From the NCBI GenBank assembly GCA_963920595.1, contig OY986948.1:3472001-3536000 (forward strand): a DNA stretch of 64,000 nucleotides. Direction: 5' to 3'. Origin of the DNA: Eimeria praecox (taxonomy: Eukaryota). Under the pieces are notes generated by a model, which worked only from the letters and a program-made list of their open reading frames with translations, made no database searches and had not been told where the DNA came from. The position numbers were made by a program, and so were the translations under genes. Shown piece by piece: positions 1 to 12,901 of this stretch (within the stretch, counting starts at the first letter, position 1; every line of letters starts with the position of its first letter).

Positions 1-992
1 ATGGCCATACTTAGCATGGTTCCTAGAAGGAAGTGTTTAGTTTTCTTCCTAAAGTGAAGGGTTGCTGCAGCCTTCATGCTTTATATATCTCTGCATCTAC
101 CGATGAAAGCATGAATGAGGTGGGTTACCGTGCAACTCCCGTAATGTGCGAGCACTACATAATGCAGAAGCTGGGCCGCTGAAGGCCCAGTTAGTGGGAG
201 GGGCACAGCAAACTTTGTGCTAGAAATAATCCAATTATTATTAGGCTGAAATAAAGCAAATAAGTACAGAACCGTTTTCAGCCGGCCGAAGGGTGCGGTC
301 TAGTTGTGAGCCTGGCTCTGTGCATCAGAGGCGTTAACCCGCAAGGCATCATCGCCTTATCACCATTGCCTGCTCGTTACTTTAAAGGATTAAACTGTCA
401 CATGGCGGTCCTTTGAAATTTCAAGGTTTCCTTAAGGAGTAGAAGCTGAGTGTAGTGTATTCGTGCGGAAATTGCACCGAAGTAAGTATACATAGGACTA
501 GTAGAGGCAGAGTTTGCTGCAACTCCTTTGCGAGCTGAGGGAAGTCTACTTGATATAACGAACTATGGCTTACCTTTCAAACTGTACGCTCTTGTTACTT
601 GTACATTTTCACGTAATGTGATCACTAGGGCGATGCGTGTTTTGCGGATCACGTATGCAACCTCGTACTCGGTTGGATCTGGCTGGAGCCTCTCTTGAGG
701 GGGGAACTAAGTACTGTCAGGCACTGCTTTCACTGGCTCTCATTCCTCTCTTCCTAATTGATCTGAGTATGTATAAATGATTTATTTGTGCAAGCATTTG
801 CACTGAATATCCATCAAATTAAGAGCCTCCCACCCACTAGGTGGCGACCTGCAAGAGGTGTCCAGCGACGGGGAACCAACCAGTGGACCCCAGGCATCCC
901 CTCTTGCTTAACCTGCACTGTCTGAGTATATTTGGTTTGTGTTAGTATCAGCCTTTTTGTGGGACACATTTTCTGAACTCTCGCTTTTGAAT

Positions 993-2322
993 ATGTCGCC
1001 CATCTTCAAGACGACAGCTTTCTGTCTGGCCCTCTGTGGGCTCCATTCATCCGTGGCAAAAACGTTGAAATTTACAGTGGGAGATGCAAGTGAAGGTAAA
1101 AACATCTCCCTTTCCAAGATTGTTTTTTCCTCCTTGTTGTGTATGCGAGTGGCCGCAATTGCACCACTTTAACGGTATGCACGAGCTAGGAGACCAGCTC
1201 TCACCGATTCGGTGGGGGGCGTGCTGCCTCTCGTTTGGTTATTCTGCTGCTTGCAGATGCATACACTGCGATTGCCTACGGCCGCCTTGGCCAGCTTCCT
1301 GTTCGCATCAATGCACTGACGACGGATGAAACTCTCGTCACGAACCTAAAACAAGCGTTGACTGAGGCCCCAAGTAAAGTAACAGGACCCTCATGTGCAG
1401 CACTGGATGTGGCCGAGACCTTCGTGAGTAGATACATTGTTTGAACATTTGCATGTGTGATATATATACAGCATTAGGCATTTGTGAACCTCCCGCCTAG
1501 CCCAAAAGATATTTGGCCTCCGTGATTTCTTCGGATTTACAGGAGAAGACGAAATTCTACGTAACCTTCACAAAAGAAAGCGGCAAAACGCCGAATTATC
1601 GCCAAATGGTGGAGAACGCCATCAACAATGGACTCATGTAAGTTTTATCCATTTATATTTCGTACTATCGCCCCCAATATCAAGATACATGCACATGATG
1701 CCTGACTGGAGGCACGCAGATCTGCATAGTCGTCGTGCCCACCTATAACATAAACCAACCATCTTCACCATCGAAAATCCGCTTAATTGGGGATGGTTAG
1801 TTATGCCTTGTGCAATTGCTGGTATTCTCACAGTTTAATGCAAACATACCCCACGACGGACCAGGAATGGAAGAACTTCTGGGGCCAGCCAGGAGGCGCC
1901 AACATGGCAAATCTTCTCTGGGCTAACAGCACAACCATTGGCTGCGCCGTTCTAGTATGCACCGAAGCAGAAGACAGTGGCACAGCACAGACAGCTGATA
2001 GGGCTATTCTCTTTTGTCAAATGAACCCTGAACCGCAGCAAGACAAGCCTCCCTTCAGGTAGGTGCTGAGTGGAGAGTGCCTCCAAGCAGGTGGTTCGAT
2101 ACAAATACGCACTATTACTTTTGTATCTAGACAAGTCTTCTTCCTTTTGTGTTGGCTTTGTGCTGCAGCAAGGACTATTATGAGGCTCTTTCTCAACGAG
2201 AAACCTCTCTGGTCGATATGACTCCAGATGACCTCAAAGCTTCCAAAGGTGGTTCAGCCGTTGCTGTGCCATCGGTTCTTCTAGCCGGCATATCTGCCAT
2301 AATAGCAGCTGTTGCTCTATAG
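993..2322 (+). CDS. SAG: GPI-anchored surface antigen, Eimeria SAG family (sagC-like), 5 exons, ~247 aa
   Basis: Exons 993-1095, 1257-1423, 1543-1637, 1834-2058 and 2169-2322, all GT-AG, sum to 744 nt in frame. Signal peptide MSPIFKTTAFCLALCGLHSSVA; core motifs ANLLWANSTTIGCA and AILFCQMNP..PF; hydrophobic GPI-type tail (AVAVPSVLLAGISAIIAAVAL). Four Cys in the mature domain plus five exons fits the described sagC subfamily. Confidence 0.93.
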
Positions 2323-4502
2323 CGACGAAATATTTCAGCCTCTGAGTTTGCTAGTTAACTTGCTACACAGCTAGTACTGAAGTTGCAGAGCCAGCGGTGG
2401 GAGCATTCAGGGCATATTCATTTCGCTTCCTGCTGTATAAAAAGACCGAGTCTACACTCTCCACGCATTGCACGTGAAATGCATGGCTGCATTTGCATTC
2501 ATGCACCGAGGAAGGGGATGCGTTACAGAGCATTCCTCACGTGTTGCGGCCGGGGTGTTCAGCCCCTTTTCCCCTTATTTTACTGCTGTTTCCTAAGGTG
2601 TTTGATAAGGTCTTTTGTATAGATGCGATGAAGCGTATCAATCAAAAGCTTGTATCAGTGGCATTAGGTGTTACGTGCAGATTGTGCAGATCGTCTATAG
2701 CCTGGAAGTGGAGCAGTGTGGCTCAAATGCTCAGCCACATATCTGTGGACTTTCTACTTTGCCAATTATTGTGAAGAGTAGACTGCCACTTCGAGCAACT
2801 AATCCTTCATAGCCCTGAGTGCGGCAGTTCGAGCATGTGACAACTGCGTGCTCCTTTACTGGGCCCGCACCAACCTTTTCTAACATACCTACAGTGAATG
2901 TTTTTGCCGCTGACAAAGTACACCTACTTCGCGAAAATATATATGGTACAATGGATTCCAACAAATAAGTCCTGCAACTGAACAAAGTCGGAATGGTCTG
3001 GTCTGAAGGCCCACATGAAGTGCCCAGCGCTCCCCGCCGCCCAACGTGTCCATCCTGCGTATAACTATTTGGGTGCACTCTCGCAGTTTATGGGCTACAC
3101 TCAGAATGTTACAATTAAATAGCGTTGCAGCACAAGAGAATAGCACCCCATTCGTATCAGCACCCAATCCTTCTCCAGCAAGGAAAAGGCATCTCCAGGG
3201 GGAAAAGTAATCCCAATGATCCCTGCTGACCACTTGTGAGCCGGCTTCTCGGCTACAAGACAAGCGGCGCGACGAGCCCCAGACCCTGAATCCTGGCAGA
3301 GTAGTTTTGGCATGAAGCTTTATCTTCCGTCGAATGCGGCTAGGTATATTTCTAATAATATATTATTTATGCTCTAGCTTGCCGATAGACCTCTAGAGGC
3401 CCAATTTGAGCACCGTTGTAGTGCTTGCGCATTGCATCGCCGCCACTATGGCTTCAGCACCGTTCGCCTCCCTGCCATCTATCATCTACGGCCACACTTA
3501 GCATGGTTCCTAGAAGGAAGTGTTTAATTATCTTCTTAAAGTGAAGGGTTGCTGCAGCCTTCATGTTTTATATATCTCTGCATCTACCGATGAAACCATG
3601 ATGTGTGTTACCGTGCAACTCCCGTAATGTGCGAGCACTACCATAGTGCACAAGTTGGGCCGCTTGAGGCCCAGTTAGTGGGAGGGGCACAGCAAACTTT
3701 GTGCTAGAAATAATCCAATCATTATTAGGCTCAAATAAAGCAAATATGTACAGAACCGTTTTCAGCTGGCCGAAGGGTGCGGCCTAGTTGGGAGCCTGGC
3801 TGTGTGCATCAGAGACGCTGACCCGCAAGGCGTCATCGCCTTATCACTAATACCTGTTCGTTACTTTAAAGAATTAAACCCTCGCATGGCAATCTTTTGA
3901 AATTTCAAGGTTTCCTTAAGGAGTAGAAGCTGAGTGTAGTGTATTCGTGCGGAAATTGCACCGAAGTAAGTATGCATAGGGCTAGTAGAGGCAGATAGAG
4001 AGCACTGTTTGCTGCAACTCCTTTGCGAGCTGAGGGAAGTCTACTTGATATAACGAACTATGGTTTACCTTTCAATCCGTACGCTCTTGTTACTTGTGCA
4101 TATTCAAGTAATGTGATCACTAGGGCGATGTGTGTTTTGCTGATCACGTATGCAACCTCGTACTCGGTTGGATCTGGCTGGAGCCTCTCTTGAGGGAGGA
4201 ACGAAGTACCGCCAGTTGCTGGTTTCACTTGCTCTTATTCCTTCCTCCAATTGATTTTAATGTGTAGATTTATATCATTTATTCGTATTTTTGCAGGGGT
4301 TTCCACTGAGTATCCATCAAATTAAGAGCCTCCCACCCGCTAGGTGGCGGCGACCTGCAAGAGGTGTCCCGGCGACGGGGAGACAACCAGTGGAGCCCAG
4401 GCATCCCCTGTTGCCTTAACCTGCACTGCTCCAATAGATTTGGTTTTTTTTTAACTATCAGGTTTTTTGTTGGGCATATTTTTTGACCTCTCGCTTTTGA
4501 CC

Positions 4503-5842
4503 ATGTCGCCCATCTTCAAGACGGCAGCTTTCTGCCTGGCTCTGTGTGGGCTCAATTCATCCGCGGCAGAAACGACGCTGAAATTTACAGTGGAAGATGC
4601 AAGTGAAGGTAAAAACATCTCCCTTTCCAAGATTGTTTTTTCTTCCTTGTTGTGTATGCGAGTGGCCGCAATTGCACCACTTCAACGGTATGCACGAGCT
4701 AGGAGCCCAGCTCTCACCGATTCGGTGGGGGGCGTGCTGCCTCTCGTTTGGTTATTCTGCTGCTTGCAGATGCATACACTGCGATTGCCTACGGCCGCCT
4801 TGGCCAGCTTCCTGTTCGCATCAATGCACTGACGACGGATGAAACTCTCGTCACGAACCTAAAACAAGCGTTGAATGGGACCCCAAGTAAAGTAACAGGA
4901 ACCTCATGTACAGCAATGGAGGTGGACGACACCTTCGTGAGTAAATTCATTGTCTGAAGATTTGCATGTGCGATATATATACAGCATTAGGCATTTGTGA
5001 ACCTCCCGCCAAGCGGACAACCATATTTTGCCTCCTCCGTGATTTCTTTGAATTTGCAGGAGAAGACGAAATTCTACTTAAATTTCACAAAAGAAAGCGA
5101 CAAAACGCCGAATTATCGCCAAATGGTGGAGAACGTCATTAACAATGGACTCATGTAAGTTTTATCCATTTATATTGCGTACTATCGCCCCCAATATCAA
5201 GATACATGCACATGATGCCTGACTGGAGGCACGCAGATATGCATAGTCGTCGTGCCCACCTATAACATAAACCAACCATCTTCACCATCGAAAATCCGCT
5301 TAATTGGGGATGGTTAGTTATGCCTTGTGCGATTGCTGGTATTCTCACAGTTTAATGCAAACATACCCCACGACGGACCAGGAATGGAAGAACTTCTGGG
5401 GCCAGCCCGGAGGTGCCAACATGGCAAATCTTCTCTGGGCTAACAGCACAACCATTGGCTGTGCCGTTGGAGTGTGCACGGAAGTAACAGATGGCAGTTC
5501 AACACAAACAACTGATAAGGCTATTCTCTTTTGTCAAATGAACCCTGAACCGCAGCAAGACAAGCCTCCCTTCAGGTAGGTGCTGAGTGGAGAGTGCCTC
5601 CAAGCAGGTGGTTCGATACAAATACGCACTATTACTTTTGTATCTAGACAAGTCTTCTTCCTTTTGTGTTGGATTTGTGCTGCAGCAAGGACTATTATGA
5701 GGCTCTTTCTCAGCGAGAAACCTCTCTGGTCGATATGACTCCAGAGGACCTCAAAGCTCCTTCCAAAGGCGGTTCAGCCGTTGCTGTGCCATCGGTTCTT
5801 CTAGCTGGCATGGCTGCCATACTGGCAGCTGTTGTTGCATAA
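4503..5842 (+). CDS. SAG: GPI-anchored surface antigen, SAG family (sagC-like), tandem paralogue of 993-2322, ~249 aa
   Basis: Exons 4503-4608, 4770-4936, 5060-5154, 5351-5575 and 5686-5842 (750 nt, in frame). Same intron phases, signal peptide, four Cys and GPI tail as the first copy. Confidence 0.93.
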
Positions 5843-8800
5843 AAGCTGAATATTTTAGCTAGCTAGCTCGTTTGCTTGCAGTCGAGCTGGCTAGCCAGCT
5901 GGATAGCTGCCCGTATAATTAACAGGCAGAATATAGGGTTCCAATTTCTTGTCCAGTTCCACATTATATTATATTTGAACAGATGTAGTTCGCCTTCGTC
6001 TCTCACAGAATTGAGTGGAACAGTGGCATAAAAATGCAGTTGGTTTAAGCCGCCTTTGTCTACAGCCCCTACGCAGCGCCTGCCCGGTGGCAGCGGCATT
6101 TTGCTCAATGAATTCTCGTTACAGTCGTTGAGCACATAACTCATTAGTTTCTCAAGGTGTGCTTTTAAGAAAATTCGCAGCTACATATGGCTATATGTTC
6201 TTGTAGCCTACTGAAAAACGAGAACGAGATAGGGCACCGCAGAGTACGAAGAAACTCTAAAGCGTGCATAAGTTCACTGAAACAGGGCAGAGTTGAGTAG
6301 AGAGGCAAGCTTAAAGAACGAGTATCTGGCGTTTTTACTGCTCTTTCTCTTACTTTGGTCGGATTTAGTTGTAGTGCATGCGCACGTTGTGCAGAATGCA
6401 GAAGAGCGCCCCTACCTTTAAGAAAACACATGAACTCTGTCGTGGCTCTTCAGTTGTCATGCGCGTATGGCGCGTACGAATTATGCTAGGCTATGCCCGT
6501 ATCTGCTTGTTTGCGTGTTTGGTGTGGCATTTCCGTTTATTGAACACTTTCAGCTACATAATTGGTCATGCGCGTATTGGATGCGCATAAATGAAGGCTT
6601 AGTTCGCATTAAAGGAGAATAAAGTTATGACTGTGTAAGCATGTCGTGATGCTCGCTTACATTCATGGTGTCCAGGTATGCGGATGTGTGCACGAATGCA
6701 CTATCACCTGTGCATATATCTGGCGTGCATGCTGTGATCTAGAGGATGCCTGCTGCAGCTGCGACTCTGCAGATGCACCTCTTTATGTTTTGCTGTATTT
6801 ACGTTATCGAGCAAGAACGATGCAACTGCTTTCATTCCTGTGCATGCGAATGTGTGCATTCATCCACGTGCTTGTGTGCGAGTATTCGCTGAGCTGTTTG
6901 TATGTTGTGCTGTAGGCGTCTGTTCAGGTAATGCAGTGCATGCATTCCTGCATTCAAATGTATCTGCGAATTTGCATCTGTATGGGATTACACCTTGTGT
7001 CCTGTCTTCCTGCATCAAGGGTGTCTACTTATGTAGGTATCAGCACGCCGCGTTGTCTGCATCTGCAGGCATATCCATGCATCTACCGTTCTGTAGCTGT
7101 GCACGTGCTTATATTTTCGCATGACCGTGGTCCTCTCCATGCATGTTAATTAATTTATCTTTTTATGAATTGACATAGAGAAGCAAACGATCATGTGCAC
7201 AAGGACGCCGTGCACATCCTTGTATGCATTTGCAGTTGTGCATGCACTTTAATTTTGAGGAGGACTTAGCAGCACAGTTTATATTGGGCTTACTGAGAGC
7301 TGAGGCAACCTCCTTTTGAAGCGAGACATGCTCTGGCGCCTTGCCTTTACACATTACGAGAAGGCTGTCAGGCCTTGTGCCTTCGTTGCACTAGAAGAGA
7401 CGCATGCAACCATCATTGCTGCCTGAGGATGAAGAAGAGTTCTCCTGAGGTATTTTGCATTCGGCACAACTCGAAGCCGCTTCAACGAAAATCTTGGACG
7501 ACAACAAATTGCCCGAGAGGATGTATCCGCCCTAGCTGCAGACTGGATATTGAGTCTCGGTAGATTTCCTCAGGCGTCTAAAAGAATGGTCTGGAACGCC
7601 TGTAGATTCTGGGTGCAGGTCTAGGGCGTCGAATTAAGAACATCAAACAAACGTCTAAGAGGGTCACAGTAGCTTTAAACGAGCAAAATGTGTGTTATCT
7701 TAGCACCACCAATGCAATTTTTGAACCTGCGGGGATGTAAATTCTAAGGCTTGCTGAAATTCATTTCCTCGTAGTGCGCTGCGTGTTGAGATTACGGCGG
7801 CTGAGACATTACCTAGTAGGTAAGACAGCGCATGCAGAAAGAAAATAAGTTGAAACTATCCACTGGAGGAGCAAGGTATTGGCCGCATTAATGCCTCTCG
7901 CTACAAGTGGTTCCGCAGTTAGAGACGAGTGCAGGCATTCTTTGACTGCTTATAGTGTACTCCGATTCGTGCAGTGCATCGGCGCTTCTTCCAGCTAAGG
8001 AGGAACCTGTTTTTGGTTTCCTCGTTTAGTTCAGCCTTACCAGCACAGAGTACATCTAGCGCACCGAGGCTCAGAAGAGCAGATTTAAGACAGTACAGTG
8101 TGCAGCGATGGCCTAAGGGCTTTCGGGTACGAAACGTTGATAATAAGAGGGAAGAAGGCAACAAAATGATCAAGTTTGAGGTGGAGGCTGCAGCTGAAAC
8201 AGTTGAGCTCCAAGAGCGTGTATATGGATGGAGAAAAGACTGCATGCTACGAAGGCATCAGACACTAAGGAAGTATGTAGCTGAGGGGAGTAAATGATAA
8301 CGCTTCGAAGCCGCATGACGCGACTGAAACGCAAGCTCTGAGCTATAGAGGAACGTGTAAGAGGTGCAGTTGGCCAAAAGTGTTTTACAGAGGAACCAAG
8401 GGATCTGAAAATGAGTGAGAAACCGAAAGAGAAACTAGGCATACTGCGAAATTTACAACAGAGGGAGCGCAACTGAAAAGGGCCAGCCTTGCTCTGCAGC
8501 GACAAGTTCCACAATTCATAGTTTACTCAGTCACGGTTTCGATTCTGTGTTCGAGCACTCCTCCATGCTTCCCGACTACAAAAGATGCTTCCAGTTTTGC
8601 GGAGAGGGCGTATTCCGTCGCAATGTTTGCACGAACAACTTCACTAGCGGACATGAAGGAAGAAGGCTTCAAACAGCCTGCTGCAGTCTCCGCGGCATTT
8701 GCCACTTTCTCCTCTCTGTTGGTCATTGGGCTGTGGCGCCTGCCGGTGCATAGAGGTGCACCTTTACGCTAGCAAGCCAACTAGCTAGCCAACTAGTCGT

Positions 8801-9606
8801 GCAAATGGCAATCCGGCCAATCATAGGGTAAATAGCCACACTCGGAGAGTTTCGTTTGCCTTTAAACAGCACAATTGTGCTTGATTCTTTCGATAAATGC
8901 AGGCAGGATCAAGAATGGATCTAGCAAGGTATATGAAGGGAGGGCTGGAGCGTTTAAGCTTCTTACTGTAAGGCGATGGCATTGCGCTCGCTACAGTGTA
9001 TTGCTTAGCCCCCATTTTTTTCGCATTGCCTCCAGAATTCGAGTATTCTTATTGGACTCATGTTGAGCGCAACTGACGCGGCACAGTACAACTGGTGCGA
9101 GCAACCTGCTTGAGACAAATGAGTTACTTCCAGAGTGCAAGGTATTCCGCGAGAATAATCTGTTCATAGGCGCGTCAAACAGGCATATGCGAAGTTGGCC
9201 CTTACCAGTCCACACCAGATAGGGGCCGAAATAGGTGAATAGGTGAGCTGCATCGTGAGCTGTCTGGATATGTATCTTTTATTGCTCTAGCCGCTGTCGA
9301 ATTCATCCTTGTCTCACTAAAGCATAAGCAGGTAAAAGTAGTGGGAACATGGAAACATACAACCATATGAAGGAGAAAATCCCGCAGCTGTTGAATGTGA
9401 GAGGAGCAGGCAATGGCATATGGCACATATATGCGTCTTCTAAAGTTCTCAAACGGTCAACTATCTACTGATTTGACCTGTTTCTGCGTGTTTTTGCCTC
9501 CAATTGCATGCGCGGGTACTTTTGTGTAACCCTAAATACATATATAGATGCATATATGTGTATTTGTATAAACGTGTATATATATGCACATATATATGCA
9601 TATGTA

Positions 9607-9607
<1 letters not shown>

Positions 9608-9685
<78 letters not shown>
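9608..9685. repeat. Compound (CT)n(AT)n microsatellite
   Basis: Read directly from the sequence. Confidence 0.97.
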
Positions 9686-9688
<3 letters not shown>

Positions 9689-11461
9689 CACGGCTCCAGC
9701 CCCCTGGACACGTGCGTGCAGACCCTCTGCAGGTCTGCAGGTATACGCGTCCTGTATACCTACGCATATTTTGGTAATGCGGCTTGCACTCGTCTACTTT
9801 CCTGTATTCTTGTGCGAGCAGTTATCAGCGTAGGAGCCTCTGCCCCCAGCTTGGTGCATCTTTATGCTCTAACTTGCTTATATGTGTCTATATCAAACTT
9901 GAAGCGATTTCACGTTCATTTGCTACTGCGTTGAAGCTCGTACCTCTATTACTGTGTGCATGCGCTTGCTTATATTTGCTGTTGTGCTAGCCTCCACATA
10001 CAGATGGCAGTGAACGCAGCTCACTACATTTCCCTCTGTCCGACAGAGTTGGTTGGCTTCTGACGGCTTTAACTAAAGGGGCAGAGAGAGGGCAAATGCA
10101 TATTATTCATGTCTTTGCCTCCAAACCTTCGTTATCGTTATGGCTCTTTGAAGGCATGCTCTTGCGGGCATGTGTTGTTAAGCAGTGCGTACACAGACAG
10201 AGACACAAAGGCAATCAAACATTCGTCTGGTTCCTTATGCTTGACTGCTGCCGCAAACCAGTTCTTCTGTAGCGTCCTATCTACGTTATCGTCTTTCTGC
10301 ATGGTGTGTGCTGTTCCCTATCATGCTTGTGTATGTAGGCATACAGACAAGCACACCCAGCAGTAGACAGCCGAAGCGGTGTTTAAAGGTGGACCAAAAG
10401 ATTGAAGCAAACAAAGACCAAATCCCGCCACTTCCTTGGGAATTCCCCGCCCCGCCAGTCTGTTTGATTGCCTCTATTATTCTGTGTCGGTGTGGCCTTT
10501 TTGTCAGTTTCAACCCCGTTTCTTTGACTTTATCATGCCTGAGAAGGCAAGAATTGAAGTGTGCATACTTATTGTTGGCGGTGAGACGCTGCCACCAGGG
10601 CTGCAAATGACAGCTGTCAACTAGGTTTAGCTCGTTCCTGCAACGCTCTGAGAGACTGTCTTGCACTCCTAAACTGGCTTTCCGCCACAAGTGTAGTCCT
10701 TAGTTCAAGTGGAGCATCTTTAAACACTGCCTACGCGCTTTGTATGAGATGGCGAGGAAACAGCACAAGGTCTCTCAACACGTGCTTCCTTTGTCCTGGG
10801 CCCAGCACCCCGAGTCTGAGAGTATAACCACATTGCATAGTAAATGCCAAACCAAGGAAATGATCACAAGTGACAAGCGCACATAATAGGAGGCCAGATC
10901 AATAGAGCCGAGGATGCTGAGGACGTCAGAAGAGGTTGGCCACTTGTTGTATTTCAGCCCGAAAGAAATACAACAATGAGGCACACGTGCCATTTTCGAG
11001 GGAACTGATGCAACAAATTCTACCATTTGCTGCAACAGAAGATATTTCTGTTATTCTTTATCTTCAACTCTCTATGTAGGCTTCACGCTAGACATTCGGC
11101 CTGCATTGCAACCCCAGTGGTCTCTCACGGGAGGAGATTTCGAGAACAAAGGCAAGATCAGGCTACGCAACCCTGTAAACTGAAGTATCTTCCTGTTTTC
11201 TCTTTATTCATACTAAATGTATTCAATTTCTACCTTTTTTGCACTTTGGTTTCGCTGTAACGCCGTATACTGGGGGGGAGAGCAGCTGCTGCCGCCTCGT
11301 GGCGGGTGACCGACCGGCCCTGCCACACTCGTCACCCTTCACAAGACAGCGAGATCAGCAGACTCCGACTTCTTTGTCTACCGTTTACATTCTTCTCTCT
11401 TTGAGAAGGCTTAGATTCAATTCTGAAAAAGACTTATTTTCGCCCCTCCCTTTCTTTCACA

Positions 11462-12901
11462 ATGGCCTTCTCCTACAAGACTGCAGCACTTTGCCTCGTC
11501 GCGCTGTGTGGGCTTCAACAACCAGCGGCGGCAGACACTACAACATATAAGTTTACAGTATTGAACGTAGATGACGGTGAGCATATCACCACATCAGGTC
11601 CCCATTTGCCTTGTGTCTTCCCCCCATAATGATTGCTGTCATGTTGTTGACACTTCAACTGCTGCATATATGCACAAATATTGTCCTCTCGTAGATCTCT
11701 GTCCCCCCTATGGTCGTTCCAGATGCCTACTTGTCTGTTATGTTGGCTCGTAATGGGAAGATGCCAGTTCACATCAGTGATCTGACAACAAGCGAGGATA
11801 TCGTTTCCCAATTGACGACACAATTACAGGATACAGGAGCAATCGCCAGTGGGACATGCGATGCAATGCAAATCAAAGACGACCTTGTGAGTACAACAAC
11901 GACAAAGGAGAAACATTGATGCCGTTTCTACTGATGCTCGTGTTGTGGCAGCATCAGCAGCAGCACCTCTACACTTCATTATAAAACTCGACAGACACGG
12001 GGCAGCAATTAGCTGATTGACTTCGACGCCAGCGTAATCGAACTATCTTATTGTTTGCTTCATATTTTGGGTGTACAGAAGAAGATGTTCCACGTTCCTT
12101 TCGACTACGACTCCACTAGTGTTGACTACCGTGAATTGTTGCAGGGTGCCCTTGACAAGGGATTGAATATCTTCCAGTAAGCACCGTCTCAGATTGCACT
12201 ATAAGCGTGTCCAGTGTGTGTTCTTTGCATAACAATGTGGCAGCAATGACACCCAACGGAAAGCCAAGCAGTTAGGTTCTTACCTAGCCAGCGTCGCCGC
12301 CTTCCCAACAGCAAACTTCTCACAATTACGCAGGTGCGCTCTTGTGTTGACTGCTTGTCTTCCTTCAAAAGGAAAAAATACCCTCAGAGTGATGCAGAAT
12401 GGCAAAATATCTGGAAGCAAGAAGACGGTGCAAACCTGTCATATCTTCTGGCGGCTAACAGCACTCAAATCGGCTGCGCCATTGGAAGGTGTACCACAGT
12501 AAACACTCCAGCTGATCCACAACCGCCTGAACAGCAGCCAACTGAAAGTCCGACAAATCATGCTATGCTCTTCTGTCAGCTAACCCCTGCAGCGACGGAG
12601 AACCAAGCCCCCTTCAAGTAAGCCGTCGGCTTCGGAATATGATCTCCACGAGAGAGATTCAGAAAGGATTCACACATCAGCAATCACTACAGTAGCAGAT
12701 GTGTTCTTCTGTATTGCGTTTATGTTTGCCCCTTTTTGCAGTGAGGATTATTTCAGCGCGCTTATTACAAGAAAGGCTCAATTAAACGATATGACTGAAG
12801 AGGACCTGAAGGTCCCTAGTAACGGCACCTCGACAGCAGCTGCCCTCCCCACAATTCTAATTGCTGGCTTGGCTGCCATGTTGGCAACTGTATCTCTCTA
12901 G
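11462..12901 (+). CDS. SAG: GPI-anchored surface antigen, SAG family (sagC-like), 5 exons, ~260 aa
   Basis: Exons 11462-11576, 11723-11886, 12079-12176, 12372-12617 and 12742-12901 (783 nt, in frame). Signal peptide MAFSYKTAALCLVALCGLQQPAAA; LARNGKMPV; YLLAANSTQIGCAIGRC; LFCQLTP..APF; GPI tail AALPTILIAGLAAMLATVSL. Confidence 0.93.

Larger units (their letters stand above)
1..5860 (+). repeat. Direct tandem segmental duplication (~3.5 kb period): 1-~2340 versus ~3488-~5860
   Basis: The window start ATGGCCATACTTAGCATGGTTCCTAGAAGG recurs as ACGGCCACACTTAGCATGGTTCCTAGAAGG at ~3488. About 1 kb of upstream sequence, the exons and the introns align to just past the stop codons. The first unit is probably cut by the window edge. 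Confidence 0.95.

Noticed and set aside
2731..3078. Minus-strand CSNCRTQGY as a retroviral-type zinc knuckle
   Set aside because: It lacks the His and final Cys of CX2CX4HX4C, and no other gag/pol motifs are nearby.
1084..4842. Duplicated 81-aa ORFs MQVKVKTSPFP (1084-1329 and 4597-4842)
   Set aside because: They are alternative frames across SAG intron 1, and their conservation only reflects the recent duplication.
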